NCBI GenBank assembly: GCA_016432285.1
Contig: CP066682.1
Coordinates: 15,026 to 79,025 of the forward strand
Reading direction: 5' to 3'
Source: Candidatus Kaiserbacteria bacterium
GTDB lineage: Bacteria > Patescibacteriota > Minisyncoccia > Phycocordibacterales > UBA2100
DNA: 64,000 bases
The number at the start of each line of letters is the position of its first letter. The first letter of the stretch is position 1. The position numbers and the translations under genes were made by a program. Positions 41,896 through 50,598 of the stretch are shown here, piece after piece. The notes beneath the pieces were generated by a model. It saw only the letters and a program-made list of their open reading frames with translations, ran no database searches and had not been told where the DNA came from.

Positions 41896-42052
41896 GTGCG
41901 CGGTGAGGGATTTGGTCACGGATAATTTTCTGTTGAAAATTTCCGCGACCCCGCCTCGCGCCGTCGCGCTCCGGCTTTCAAATCCCTGCTCCCAAATTTT
42001 ACAACGCCCCTTTCGGGGCGTCGAAAAATTCGGGTGCGCGGTGAGGGATTTG
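41896..42052 (-). mobile_element. 138-bp structured mini-element at the tRNA-Val 3' end, with a 19-bp direct repeat
   Basis: GTGCGCGGTGAGGGATTTG at 41896-41914 and 42034-42052, internal palindromes, no ORF. Confidence 0.7.
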
Positions 42053-42106
42053 AACCCCCGACCTTCTCTGTGTAAAAGAGTTGCTCTACCACTGAGCTAA
42101 CCGCGC
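42035..42106 (-). tRNA. tRNA-Val(TAC)
   Basis: Cloverleaf with TTTACAC anticodon loop and TTCAAAT T-loop; CCA not encoded. Confidence 0.93.
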
Positions 42107-42123
42107 ATCTCTATCCCACCGTG

Positions 42124-42195
42124 TGCCCCCGCTAGGAGTCGAACCCAGATCAACGCCTTAGAAGAGCGCTGCTTTATCCATTAAGCTACAGGGGC
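42124..42195 (-). tRNA. tRNA-Arg(TCT)
   Basis: Cloverleaf with CTTCTAA anticodon loop; CCA not encoded. Confidence 0.94.
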
Positions 42196-42253
42196 ATCAG
42201 CCGAGGGACCGAGATTCCAATCGTAGCCGGGGGCGGGGTGGCGGTCAACGATG

Positions 42254-42586
42254 CTATTTCGACGGATCGGTGATTTGAGGCGACGACTGGAGCGATTGGT
42301 AGTTGGTGGCGCGCAGATCAAAGGTGTCGAGCACCGATCGAAGCTGCATACGATTGAGGGGCGCCACGCCGCTTCCTTGCGGTGAGAGGCCGATGCTGTC
42401 GGCGCCCGTAACGATTGAGATCAGCATGGAAGCGCTCCACAGACCGATCGCAAGTGAGATCGCCGCGGCGGCGGCGAGGAGCGTGCGCCAAAAGAAACCC
42501 GCAAGCGCGCGCAACGATTCCGGCTCGTGACGAAAGTCCCACGCATATCGCACGCTCTCCCATGTGTGCATACCGGGGATTTTCAT
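42254..42586 (-). CDS. Membrane protein in the pil operon
   Basis: ATGA overlap with the upstream gene; one TM helix. Confidence 0.6.
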   Translation of the reverse strand: MKIPGMHTWESVRYAWDFRHEPESLRALAGFFWRTLLAAAAAISLAIGLWSASMLISIVTGADSIGLSPQGSGVAPLNRMQLRSVLDTFDLRATNYQSLQSSPQITDPSK

Positions 42587-43125
42587 GACGTGGGTAGTTC
42601 GGCCGAGGTAAAGACACGCATGCGCACGACGAGACGCCATGCCCCTTTTGCTTCGGCGGCAGGGAGCCGCTCAAGCTGCACGCTCTCGATTGTCGAGGGA
42701 AGCGAGAGCGCGTAGAGCATTTCCGCAGCGCGGAGTGCATGTGCAAATGTGCCTTGCGATTGAATCACGAAGCCCACGGTGTTGAGGGGTTGCGCCGGAT
42801 CGGTGGAAGGCGCCGAAGACACTTGTCCGATCTCGATCGCAGTACCGGAATCGGTGCCCACCTGTTCGATCGTCTCGATCATGCGCACGATGTCCACACC
42901 AGTATGCTCTGCAAGTACAGCCCGCTCCGATTTCGTTTCGCGGGCGATCGCATGGCGGCGCAAGGCAGAGGCTTGCCGCAGCGCCTCCTCCTCATACGAA
43001 GTGCGCACGGCGAGCCGCTCGTCCATGGTGCCGAGCACCGCGAACGCGAACCACCCAAAAGCCGACCACGAAAGCACGGCGAACGCGAGTAGCAGGTATG
43101 CGAGCATGTGCGTGGTGTCTTTCAT
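42583..43125 (-). CDS. PilO-like protein
   Basis: TM helix, coiled coil and ferredoxin-like fold pattern; third gene of the pilM operon. Confidence 0.6.
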   Translation of the reverse strand: MKDTTHMLAYLLLAFAVLSWSAFGWFAFAVLGTMDERLAVRTSYEEEALRQASALRRHAIARETKSERAVLAEHTGVDIVRMIETIEQVGTDSGTAIEIGQVSSAPSTDPAQPLNTVGFVIQSQGTFAHALRAAEMLYALSLPSTIESVQLERLPAAEAKGAWRLVVRMRVFTSAELPTS

Positions 43126-43127
43126 AC

Positions 43128-43661
43128 TCAAAATGCGCCCGTGAGCGTGATCGTAAAGCGGCCTGCGTCCGCACCGGTGCCAGTCAATACATTGAGTGGC
43201 ACCGAAACGGTCTTGAATCGTTTGTCTGCCCGCAGCTGCGCCGCAAACGAGTTGATAGTTTCCCGCGTCGGCGCGCTTCCCGTGAGCATGATCGTACTGT
43301 CGGCACCCGCACTTTGTGCAAACGAAAGCGCCGTGAACAGTACGCCCTTCGGACGCTGCGCGACCACCTCTTTCAGCACGTTGAATCCCGGGGCGGTTGT
43401 CGAGGCCATAGCGATCAGTTGCCGCACGATCGTTTGGCTTTTGCCGAGCTCGATCTGCTCGCTCTTATCTTCCGGCGAAAGCTGGGGCGGGGCGATTACC
43501 TCCTCCACATCATCGGCACGCGTGACGGCATATACCGGGAGGAGCGCCAGCGTACCCACGAGCGCGACCACAATGGCTGCAATCGATCCGAGCAGCAGAA
43601 AGCGCGCGCGGTACAGACGCGACATCTTTTTTTGTGCGGCTTCGGGAAGTACGTTGGTCAT
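43128..43661 (-). CDS. PilN-like protein
   Basis: N-terminal NVLP, TM helix and LTGSAPTRE; follows pilM. Confidence 0.75.
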   Translation of the reverse strand: MTNVLPEAAQKKMSRLYRARFLLLGSIAAIVVALVGTLALLPVYAVTRADDVEEVIAPPQLSPEDKSEQIELGKSQTIVRQLIAMASTTAPGFNVLKEVVAQRPKGVLFTALSFAQSAGADSTIMLTGSAPTRETINSFAAQLRADKRFKTVSVPLNVLTGTGADAGRFTITLTGAF

Positions 43662-44803
43662 ATCAGTGAGACGCCTCGGAGCGCGAGGCCGACGGCCGTG
43701 GCATATTGCAGCGACTCACGATACGTGATCGGCGGTACGTAGTCGTCGAAATCCGCGACATTCTTCCACACATTGGGTTGGTCGGTGGGTGCTTGCACGC
43801 GACCGGCGATGTAGTCAGTGATGCCCTTCATGTTGGAGGTACCGCCGAGGAGGTACACCTGCTCCACCGGAGTCATGCGCTCGCCGTGCTCGTTGCGACG
43901 CGTGTCCCAGTAGTGATAGTGACGCGCCACCTCGTCCGCGAGCGCTGCCGCCGCACCGGCAACGGCTTCGGCACCGGGGGATTTCGCGCCCCCCTCCGGG
44001 GCAATACCCTGCTCGTTGTTGAACTTCATCGCTTCCGCTTCGCTCAGGGAGAGCTTTTCCATGATGGCCTTGATCACGGTGCCGCCGCCGATGGAGACGG
44101 TCGAGGTAAAAATGGGAATGCCGCGCTTCAAGACGGCAAAGCCGCTTCGCGTGCGGCCGAAGTCCACGAGGAGGGTGATCGGGTCGGCGCCCTCCCGACT
44201 CGAGATCGCCCGCGCGATCGAGCTTGCCTCAAGCTCGAGGGAAGCGAGCGGGAGATCGGCGGCGGCGAAGGCCGCCGCGTAGCTTTCGGAAATATCGCGC
44301 GGAAAGACGACGACCCCGATTTCTTCTCCGGCCCCGTTCTTCTCGATGAGATTAAAATCGTAGACGGCGGCGGAGGGCGGAATCGGTACGCGCGCCTCCA
44401 GCTCAAACTCGATGAGACTCAAAATCTGCGCGCGGCGCGAACCCGGAGGCACTTGCATGCTAAAGACGTACGCTGCCTCCTCCGGCAGGGCGGCGTGCGC
44501 GCATTCAATGCCTCGAAGCTCCTTTTTTACCGCAGCAAGAATCGAGACAAGCCCCTCTTTGTCATGCACGAAACCACCCACAACGACACCCTCGGGAATC
44601 GCAATCTCCCCCCACGAACGCACCCGGAGGCCGTTGCCTTTTTTTGCGCTCTCGAGTGCGAGCCATTTGACCGACGCGTCGGAGATGTCGATGCCGGCCG
44701 ATGGCGGCGCAAGGAGCCGCGGCGTCGGAAACGCGCGAGAAAGCGTGCGTGAAAATCCGCGCACGCTCTCCGGCAGATGGATCTGCACGGACGAAAGCTG
44801 CAT
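43658..44803 (-). CDS. pilM: Type IV pilus assembly protein PilM
   Basis: GIDISDASVK, LVDFG, IGG and YATAVGLALR motifs. Confidence 0.9.
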   Translation of the reverse strand: MQLSSVQIHLPESVRGFSRTLSRAFPTPRLLAPPSAGIDISDASVKWLALESAKKGNGLRVRSWGEIAIPEGVVVGGFVHDKEGLVSILAAVKKELRGIECAHAALPEEAAYVFSMQVPPGSRRAQILSLIEFELEARVPIPPSAAVYDFNLIEKNGAGEEIGVVVFPRDISESYAAAFAAADLPLASLELEASSIARAISSREGADPITLLVDFGRTRSGFAVLKRGIPIFTSTVSIGGGTVIKAIMEKLSLSEAEAMKFNNEQGIAPEGGAKSPGAEAVAGAAAALADEVARHYHYWDTRRNEHGERMTPVEQVYLLGGTSNMKGITDYIAGRVQAPTDQPNVWKNVADFDDYVPPITYRESLQYATAVGLALRGVSLI

Positions 44804-44823
44804 GCTGAAAGTATACCGCGCCT

Positions 44824-45156
44824 TTATCGCAACTTTGTGCCGGGAGGCACCTCGCGCTCGGGGAAAAGCAGCGCAACCCCCGACTCGTCGCTCGCGGCGA
44901 GAAGCATGCCCGCGCTTTCGATGCCGCGCAGCACGCGCGGCGCGAGATTCACCACGTACGGCAACCGCCTGCCGACCAGCTCCTCCGGTTTTTTCCACTG
45001 TGCGATGCCCGAAACGATCGTGCGCACGCCAAGCTCACCAAAATCGACGGTGCACTTGATCAACTTGTCGGTTTCCGGGACGAGCTCGGCGGCTTTCACT
45101 TCGCCGATCCGTATGTCGAGCTTCGCGAAATCGTCGTAGGTGATTTCCGGCAACAT
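44824..45156 (-). CDS. Stand-alone tRNA-binding OB-fold protein (MetRS C-domain/Trbp111-like)
   Basis: ITYDDFAKLDIRIG, RTIVSGI, NLAPR and ESAGMLL motifs. Confidence 0.9.
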   Translation of the reverse strand: MLPEITYDDFAKLDIRIGEVKAAELVPETDKLIKCTVDFGELGVRTIVSGIAQWKKPEELVGRRLPYVVNLAPRVLRGIESAGMLLAASDESGVALLFPEREVPPGTKLR

Positions 45157-45161
45157 AGCGC

Positions 45162-45554
45162 CTACTCTACCGCGCGCGGGTGCATATCCAAATACCGCTG
45201 AAGGATCACGGCCGCGGCTGCCGCATCGTTGTGCGGGGAGCCGGGTGGCGCGAATCGCGCCGCCTCCTGGCTGCTCCAGCTCTCCGGCACGAGCTCGACC
45301 GGGATACCGCCGCGTGAGAGGTCGGCGACAAACTCCTCCGCCGCCTTGGTGATCGTGTTTTCCGCGCCGCCTCCGGTGCGCGTGTCGCCCACCACAATGA
45401 GCTGCACGCCCTCGTCTGTGGCGAGCGTCAAAAGCGAGCGCACGATCTTCTCGTCATTGGTGATGACCGCGCGCGGAAAAGCGATCGCGCCGCGATCGTC
45501 GGAAATCGCGACGCCGATGTTCTTCGTCCCATAGTCCACTCCCATGCACTTCAT
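45162..45554 (-). CDS. ruvX: RuvX/YqgF nuclease
   Basis: GVDYGTKNIGVAISD and DAAAAAVILQRYLD motifs. Confidence 0.93.
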   Translation of the reverse strand: MKCMGVDYGTKNIGVAISDDRGAIAFPRAVITNDEKIVRSLLTLATDEGVQLIVVGDTRTGGGAENTITKAAEEFVADLSRGGIPVELVPESWSSQEAARFAPPGSPHNDAAAAAVILQRYLDMHPRAVE

Positions 45555-45557
45555 ATG

Positions 45558-45971
45558 CTAATTGTCGGCGAGTTTTGATGTTTTGTACAACTCCGGCTTG
45601 TGCGGCTTGAGGCGCACAGTTCGGACATTCATTCCTGCTTTCTGCAAATCATCTTCGAGATCTCTCACATACATTCCTTCCTGATCATAGCCGAGCGCGA
45701 TCAGATCCGGCCGCGCCGCTGCGATGTGTGCGACATAGCCAATCTCGTCGCTCAGTACAACCTCATCGACGAGTGGGTGCTTTCGGAGGAGTGCGCACCG
45801 TTCACTTTCTGAATGTCGCGGACGAAATCCCTTGATTCGCTCCACGTTGCGATCCCGCGCAAGCGAGACGATGAGATGCGGATCCGCGGCGAGCGCTCTC
45901 GCCTGCTTGAAAAAATCTTCGTGTCCGGGGTGCACGATGTCGAAGGTGCCGAACACCATGATGCGCGTCAT
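45558..45971 (-). CDS. Cytidylyltransferase-family FAD synthase (RibL-like)
   Basis: [23 protein letters not shown] and YKTSK motifs; coupled to the riboflavin kinase gene. Confidence 0.8.
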   Translation of the reverse strand: MTRIMVFGTFDIVHPGHEDFFKQARALAADPHLIVSLARDRNVERIKGFRPRHSESERCALLRKHPLVDEVVLSDEIGYVAHIAAARPDLIALGYDQEGMYVRDLEDDLQKAGMNVRTVRLKPHKPELYKTSKLADN

Positions 45972-46315
45972 ACCGCCCGAAAAAAGGCACGCGCCGCTGC
46001 CGCATCTTGCTCGATCGCGGCCCGCAGCGCTTCGTCGCTGTCGTACACGGCGCTCTCGCGAATCTTTTTCAAGAGCTCAACCTCAATCTCTCTGCCGTAG
46101 AGGTCGACGCTCGCGTCGAGGACGTGGGCTTCGAGCAGGTTGCGCTTCTGGTCCGCAAAAGCGACCGCCGGATGCACATCCCCCGCCACGTATACGCGGG
46201 CTACGAAGATACCTGTGATCGCCGGGTCGTCGAGCGTAATGTTGAGCGTGGGAAAACCGAGCGCGGACGCGCGCTTATTGCCGTTCTGTACCACTCCTTT
46301 ATACATATGCCCCAT
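45968..46315 (-). CDS. Stand-alone riboflavin kinase
   Basis: LGFPTLN, EAHVLD, DLYG and KKIRE motifs; the start could be 46306. Confidence 0.88.
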   Translation of the reverse strand: MGHMYKGVVQNGNKRASALGFPTLNITLDDPAITGIFVARVYVAGDVHPAVAFADQKRNLLEAHVLDASVDLYGREIEVELLKKIRESAVYDSDEALRAAIEQDAAAARAFFRAV

Positions 46316-46316
46316 G

Positions 46317-46401
46317 CGGAGGGGGTGAGATTCGAACTCACGGTGGGTTTCCCCACTCTTGTTTTCAAGACAAGCGCTTTAGACCTCTCAGCCACCCCTC
46401 C
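46317..46401 (-). tRNA. tRNA-Ser(TGA)
   Basis: Cloverleaf with a long variable arm and anticodon arm CTTGT-CTTGAAA-ACAAG; CCA not encoded. Confidence 0.95.
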
Positions 46402-46480
46402 GAGGCTCGTTGTATCACGTATTTCGACTATACACAGCGACAGCAAAACGGCCTTCACGAGCGGGGTACAATTGCCCCAT

Positions 46481-46885
46481 ATGAAAAACAGAGGCTTTAC
46501 GCTTATCGAATTACTCGTCGTGATCGCAATTATCGGCCTTTTGGCGTCGATCGTCATCGCCTCGCTCTCCACCGTCCAGGCCAAGGCCCGCGATGCCCGC
46601 CGCATGGAAGACGTCAACGCCCTCCAAAAAGCGCTCACCATTTACCTCAGCAACCACGGCTACTACCCGATTTTCACCTCGACGACGACTGTCATTTCGA
46701 CCTCAACCGTGGGAGCGGCGCTCGTGGCTGACGAAGCGATCCCCACCACGCCGGCCGATCCGTCGGTCTATCAGTACAACTACCGCTCCGACACCTCCGG
46801 CAGCACGTACGACCTCAACTTCTGTCTCGAGACCAACACAGTAAGAAATTACGCGCAGGGCTGCGAAAACTACCTGAGACCGTAA
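46481..46885 (+). CDS. Type IV pilin/pseudopilin
   Basis: MKNRG-FTLIELLVVIAIIG prepilin motif and KARDARR. Confidence 0.95.
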   Translation: MKNRGFTLIELLVVIAIIGLLASIVIASLSTVQAKARDARRMEDVNALQKALTIYLSNHGYYPIFTSTTTVISTSTVGAALVADEAIPTTPADPSVYQYNYRSDTSGSTYDLNFCLETNTVRNYAQGCENYLRP

Positions 46886-46975
46886 TCGTTTGATCGCAGG
46901 AGAGCGCCGGACAGGTATTCCCTGTCCAGCGCTCTTTTTGGCAAGCGCAGTGCGATGCTGCGATACAATACGAGC

Positions 46976-47446
46976 ATGATGGAACATGCGGCTCCGATCC
47001 GCTGGCAGGCATACGAGCACGAGCACATCGAGCGCAACCGCGATTGGTTTGTCGCGCTCGGAATCGCTGCCGTTTCTATCGCGCTCATCAGCGCGCTCCT
47101 CGGCAACATCCTCTTCGGTATCCTCATTCTTGTCGCCGCCGTGACGCTCGCGGTACTCGCCAAAAGCCCGCCGCCGCTTGTCCAGTTCGAGGTCTCGGAT
47201 CGTGGCATACGCGTGGCCGGGACGATGCACAAATACGAAGAGATCATCGCCTTCTGGGTGGAGGATCACGACGTGCATCCGCCCGTCCTCTTGGTCGACA
47301 CGATCAAGTGGCTCTCGCCGAATCTCGTGATCCCGATCGAGGGCGTCGATCACCGGCAGGTGCGCGCCTTCCTCGCGGAGCGGTGCGAAGAAAAGCCCAT
47401 GAAGGAGCCGATCTCGCACAAGATCCTGGAATTTTTCGGACTCTGA
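46976..47446 (+). CDS. Hypothetical two-TM membrane protein
   Basis: IRWQAYEH...DWF, two TM helices and a soluble C-terminal domain. Confidence 0.8.
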   Translation: MMEHAAPIRWQAYEHEHIERNRDWFVALGIAAVSIALISALLGNILFGILILVAAVTLAVLAKSPPPLVQFEVSDRGIRVAGTMHKYEEIIAFWVEDHDVHPPVLLVDTIKWLSPNLVIPIEGVDHRQVRAFLAERCEEKPMKEPISHKILEFFGL

Positions 47447-49531
47447 TTAGTTGCTTACTTCCACGGTCGTCGTGGCGTTGCGCTCGCCGCCGCCCTGCGT
47501 CGTGCACTTCAGATTGAAAGCGGCGGTGTTCGTGAGCGCGGGCGTCATCGCCGTGCCATTCACGTTTGTGTTGTTTTTGTTCTGCTCGGTGAAATCCGGA
47601 AGGTCGACACTCGAGATCACGCACGCCTGCATGCCGGAAGTCACCCACCCGATTCTCGATTGCTCGCCGCTTTTCACGTTCTTCGGATTGGCGATCAGCA
47701 CGATCGAGGGTTTTGCGACCTGCACGTTGCACTGCTGCGTCGCCACCTGTCCACCGCTCGTGCACTTGAGGCTATAGGTTGCGGTGTTGGTGTTCCCCGG
47801 CGGCGTGCCGAGCGTTGCGGTGGCGGAGCCCGATTGCGCACCGCCCGTTTGGAAACCCGACCCTTCGCTCGTCCCGGCGGAGCAGGAGTACGAGATCGCG
47901 ACAGACATGCCGACATCGGCAACATCGGGCTGGCACGAGATTTGCGCCGAGAGTGTGGCACCGCTACTGCCGGACGGGACACACTGCCAGCCGTTTACGC
48001 AGTTGCCGCCGTACGTCGGGCGCCACGCTCCGCCCGCGCAACCCGAAGGATTTGGCTGCGGTGGGGAGCTCGGGCAGTTTTGCCCCTGTGCGGGCGCGGG
48101 CGCGCAGGCGTTGCCGGCGCAACCGTACTGACACTGTTGCACCACGTTATCGACGCACTGATTGTTGCGCTGCATGAGCGACGTGCCGCTACAGAGATAC
48201 TGCGGCTGGCAGGTGCCAGGTGCCTGCGGCGTTTGATTGCCGGCCGGCGGCGGACTTTTCTTCCCTCCCTGCTGACCGCCTCCTAAAAGTTTTTGCAGTG
48301 CTTGCATCCAGTCTCCTCCGCCGCCTTTGTTGAACGTATCGTTTGTCCCGGTACCGGTTCCCGTGCCAGTGCCTGTTCCGGTCCCGGTGCCGGTCCCTGT
48401 TCCAGTGCCGGTGCCGGTTCCTGTTCCGGTTCCTTTCTTCCAGCACACATTGAGGCCCGCATCGCATCCGTACGCAGGATTCGCGGCCTTTGTCGCATCA
48501 TATGGCTCGAACGTCGCGTTCGCCGGCGGCGGAGCGGTGGCAACCTTTTGCGCTGCGAGCAATTTTCTCTCTTCCGAGAGCCTTTTGAGCGCGTCATCGT
48601 TGAGTGCGGCTTTCTGCTGAGCAGCACTCGCCTCTTTTTTCAAACCGGCCAACTGTTCGCATTCTGCCTGCGAAAGTGCTATCCGAGCGGTGGCCGAACT
48701 GAGCGAGCGGCATGTCTCATCGGTGATTCCTTGTTTGCCGAGTTGGGCGATTTGATCCGCCGCCGATTTCTGCGAAGCAGCCGCCGCATCTTTCTCAGCC
48801 TGTGCTTTTTTCTGCTCCTCATTGAGGACACTATTGAGTGCATCGTTGACTTGCGGCGAGAGCGTTCCGCCGATCTCGTCGAGAATCTTTTTCTTCTCTG
48901 CGGGAGTCTTGGCATCCTGCCAGGCCGATTTCAAGCCCTCAAGCTGTTTGTCGGCCACGTTGAGATCGTCTCCGGGCTTCACGCCGTCCGCGACCTTGCG
49001 GCAGTTGCCCTCTCCACCAATACAATATTCTACCTGGCACCTTGCCGGAGGCTGACCGGTGCAGCTTTTGAGTGACTGGCCTTTTGAGCAAGAGAGATTC
49101 GGCGCCTCCGCCGGACAGCCCACCTGCGCGCCGGCACGCACCGGCTTCACCGTCACCGACCCTTTGCTCTCAATAACTTTGTAGTTGAATCCCGGGCGGC
49201 AGCTTTGCTCAAGCTTTTTAATATCTTTCACGACACCCTCCTGCGAGCACGCCCAGTTGACGTACACGTCGTTGCCGCGCGCGTCTTTGTACACCTTGCC
49301 GGTGGTCTCTTTGTCGACGATGACGTTTGGTTTGTTCTCGGCGCTCGGCCCGGCGGGCGCAGCCATCGAAGCCGGCCCCACGGCAAGCACGCCGCTCGCT
49401 GTCTGTGTTTCCCCATTGCTGGCGACACTGCCAACAAGATCCGCGACGGCGGCCGCGGCGCCCACCATGCCAAGGAGAACGAGGCTCGCGAGAATAGAAG
49501 CGCCGCGGCTACCCCGCGTGAGTGAAGACAT
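47447..49531 (-). CDS. Large secreted Cys/Gly-rich surface protein with C-terminal Ig-like domains
   Basis: Signal/TM segment, many Cys, coiled coil, (GT)15 linker and two beta domains. Confidence 0.8.
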   Translation of the reverse strand: MSSLTRGSRGASILASLVLLGMVGAAAAVADLVGSVASNGETQTASGVLAVGPASMAAPAGPSAENKPNVIVDKETTGKVYKDARGNDVYVNWACSQEGVVKDIKKLEQSCRPGFNYKVIESKGSVTVKPVRAGAQVGCPAEAPNLSCSKGQSLKSCTGQPPARCQVEYCIGGEGNCRKVADGVKPGDDLNVADKQLEGLKSAWQDAKTPAEKKKILDEIGGTLSPQVNDALNSVLNEEQKKAQAEKDAAAASQKSAADQIAQLGKQGITDETCRSLSSATARIALSQAECEQLAGLKKEASAAQQKAALNDDALKRLSEERKLLAAQKVATAPPPANATFEPYDATKAANPAYGCDAGLNVCWKKGTGTGTGTGTGTGTGTGTGTGTGTGTGTGTNDTFNKGGGGDWMQALQKLLGGGQQGGKKSPPPAGNQTPQAPGTCQPQYLCSGTSLMQRNNQCVDNVVQQCQYGCAGNACAPAPAQGQNCPSSPPQPNPSGCAGGAWRPTYGGNCVNGWQCVPSGSSGATLSAQISCQPDVADVGMSVAISYSCSAGTSEGSGFQTGGAQSGSATATLGTPPGNTNTATYSLKCTSGGQVATQQCNVQVAKPSIVLIANPKNVKSGEQSRIGWVTSGMQACVISSVDLPDFTEQNKNNTNVNGTAMTPALTNTAAFNLKCTTQGGGERNATTTVEVSN
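48344..48433 (-). repeat. (Gly-Thr)15 coding repeat
   Basis: 90 nt with 6-nt periodicity and varied synonymous codons. Confidence 0.9.
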
Positions 49532-49618
49532 GCACGCATGATACCCCGGGAAGCCGAAGGGTGTTTAAAAAATGTGGAAAAACGCGGAAATAATGGTACA
49601 TTTCCTTCGTTCGCTGAC

Positions 49619-49693
49619 GCCCTCGTCGTTCAATGGATAGGACGCATCCTTGCGGAGGATGTAATGTGGGTTCGATTCCTGCCGAGGGCACCA
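49619..49693 (+). tRNA. tRNA-Arg(GCG)
   Basis: Anticodon arm CATCC-TTGCGGA-GGATG, TTCGATT T-loop and CCA. Confidence 0.93.
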
Positions 49694-49694
49694 A

Positions 49695-49958
49695 CTAAGC
49701 GATCGCGCGCAGTTTCTTCGTGAGGCGTGATTTCATGCGGGCTGCCGTATTCTTTTTGATCGTCCCGTTCTTTGCCGCCTTGTCGATCGCCTGGTAGAGC
49801 GCGGGAAGACCCCCGGCTGCTTCGCCCGCCTTTTTGGCGGTGATGAGTTTCGAGACGGTTTTTACGCTGGTCTTCATCGCGCGCGAGCGGCGCGCGTTGA
49901 AAACGCGGCGCCGGAGGGCGACGCGCTGTGCCTTTTTTGCCGAACTCGTATTCGCCAT
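49695..49958 (-). CDS. rpsT: 30S ribosomal protein S20
   Basis: MANTSSAKK, IDKAAK and KNTAARMKSRL motifs. Confidence 0.96.
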   Translation of the reverse strand: MANTSSAKKAQRVALRRRVFNARRSRAMKTSVKTVSKLITAKKAGEAAGGLPALYQAIDKAAKNGTIKKNTAARMKSRLTKKLRAIA

Positions 49959-50022
49959 GTGCGCGGATACTACACGCTTTTTTTGGGGGGCGCAAGAAGA
50001 GCGCCTGGGGTATGATGTCTCT

Positions 50023-50598
50023 ATGATCGGACGGCTCGAGGGAGAAGTATCGGCACTGCGACCCGGATTCTGCATTCTGAGCGTGGGCGGCGTCGGGTAC
50101 CGCGTAGCGGGGACGCGCGAAGCGCTCGCTTCCCTCAAGGTGGGTGAGCGCGCCGCATTCTGGACGTACCTTGCGGTGCGCGAAGACGCGCTCGATCTCT
50201 ACGGCTTCAAAACGGAAAACGAGCAGCACTTTTTTGAAATGCTGCTTTCGGTCCCGGGCATCGGTCCCAAATCCGCACTCGCCATCCTGGATCTCGCGCT
50301 CGTGGAAACACTCCGCAGCGCGATCGCAAGCGGCAACGCTTCGTATCTCACCAAGGTGTCAGGCATCGGCAAGAAAACCGCGGAGAAAATCGTAGTCGAG
50401 CTGCGCGACAAGGTGGGCGCGAGCGCGGAAGGCGTGGAGCGGAGCCTCAGCGGCGACGAGGAGGCCCTCGAAGCGATGCGGGCGCTCGGCTACAGCCACG
50501 CCGAAGCGCGGGAAGCGTTGCGAAAAGTGCCGACGGAAGTCGTGGGCGGCAGCGCGCGGCTGCGCGAAGCGCTTCGGATTCTCGGCTCCCGTTCATGA
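50023..50598 (+). CDS. ruvA: Holliday junction DNA-binding protein RuvA
   Basis: GGVGY, VREDALDLYGF, GIGPKSA and GIGKKTAEK motifs. Confidence 0.96.
   Translation: MIGRLEGEVSALRPGFCILSVGGVGYRVAGTREALASLKVGERAAFWTYLAVREDALDLYGFKTENEQHFFEMLLSVPGIGPKSALAILDLALVETLRSAIASGNASYLTKVSGIGKKTAEKIVVELRDKVGASAEGVERSLSGDEEALEAMRALGYSHAEAREALRKVPTEVVGGSARLREALRILGSRS

Noticed and set aside
41896-42052. Prophage or integrative element at tRNA-Val
   Set aside because: The repeats are only 138 bp apart with no integrase or cargo; kept only as a mini-element.
48344-48433. CRISPR array or slippage microsatellite
   Set aside because: It is an in-frame Gly-Thr repeat with mixed codons. No repeat-spacer array or cas gene was seen anywhere in the window.
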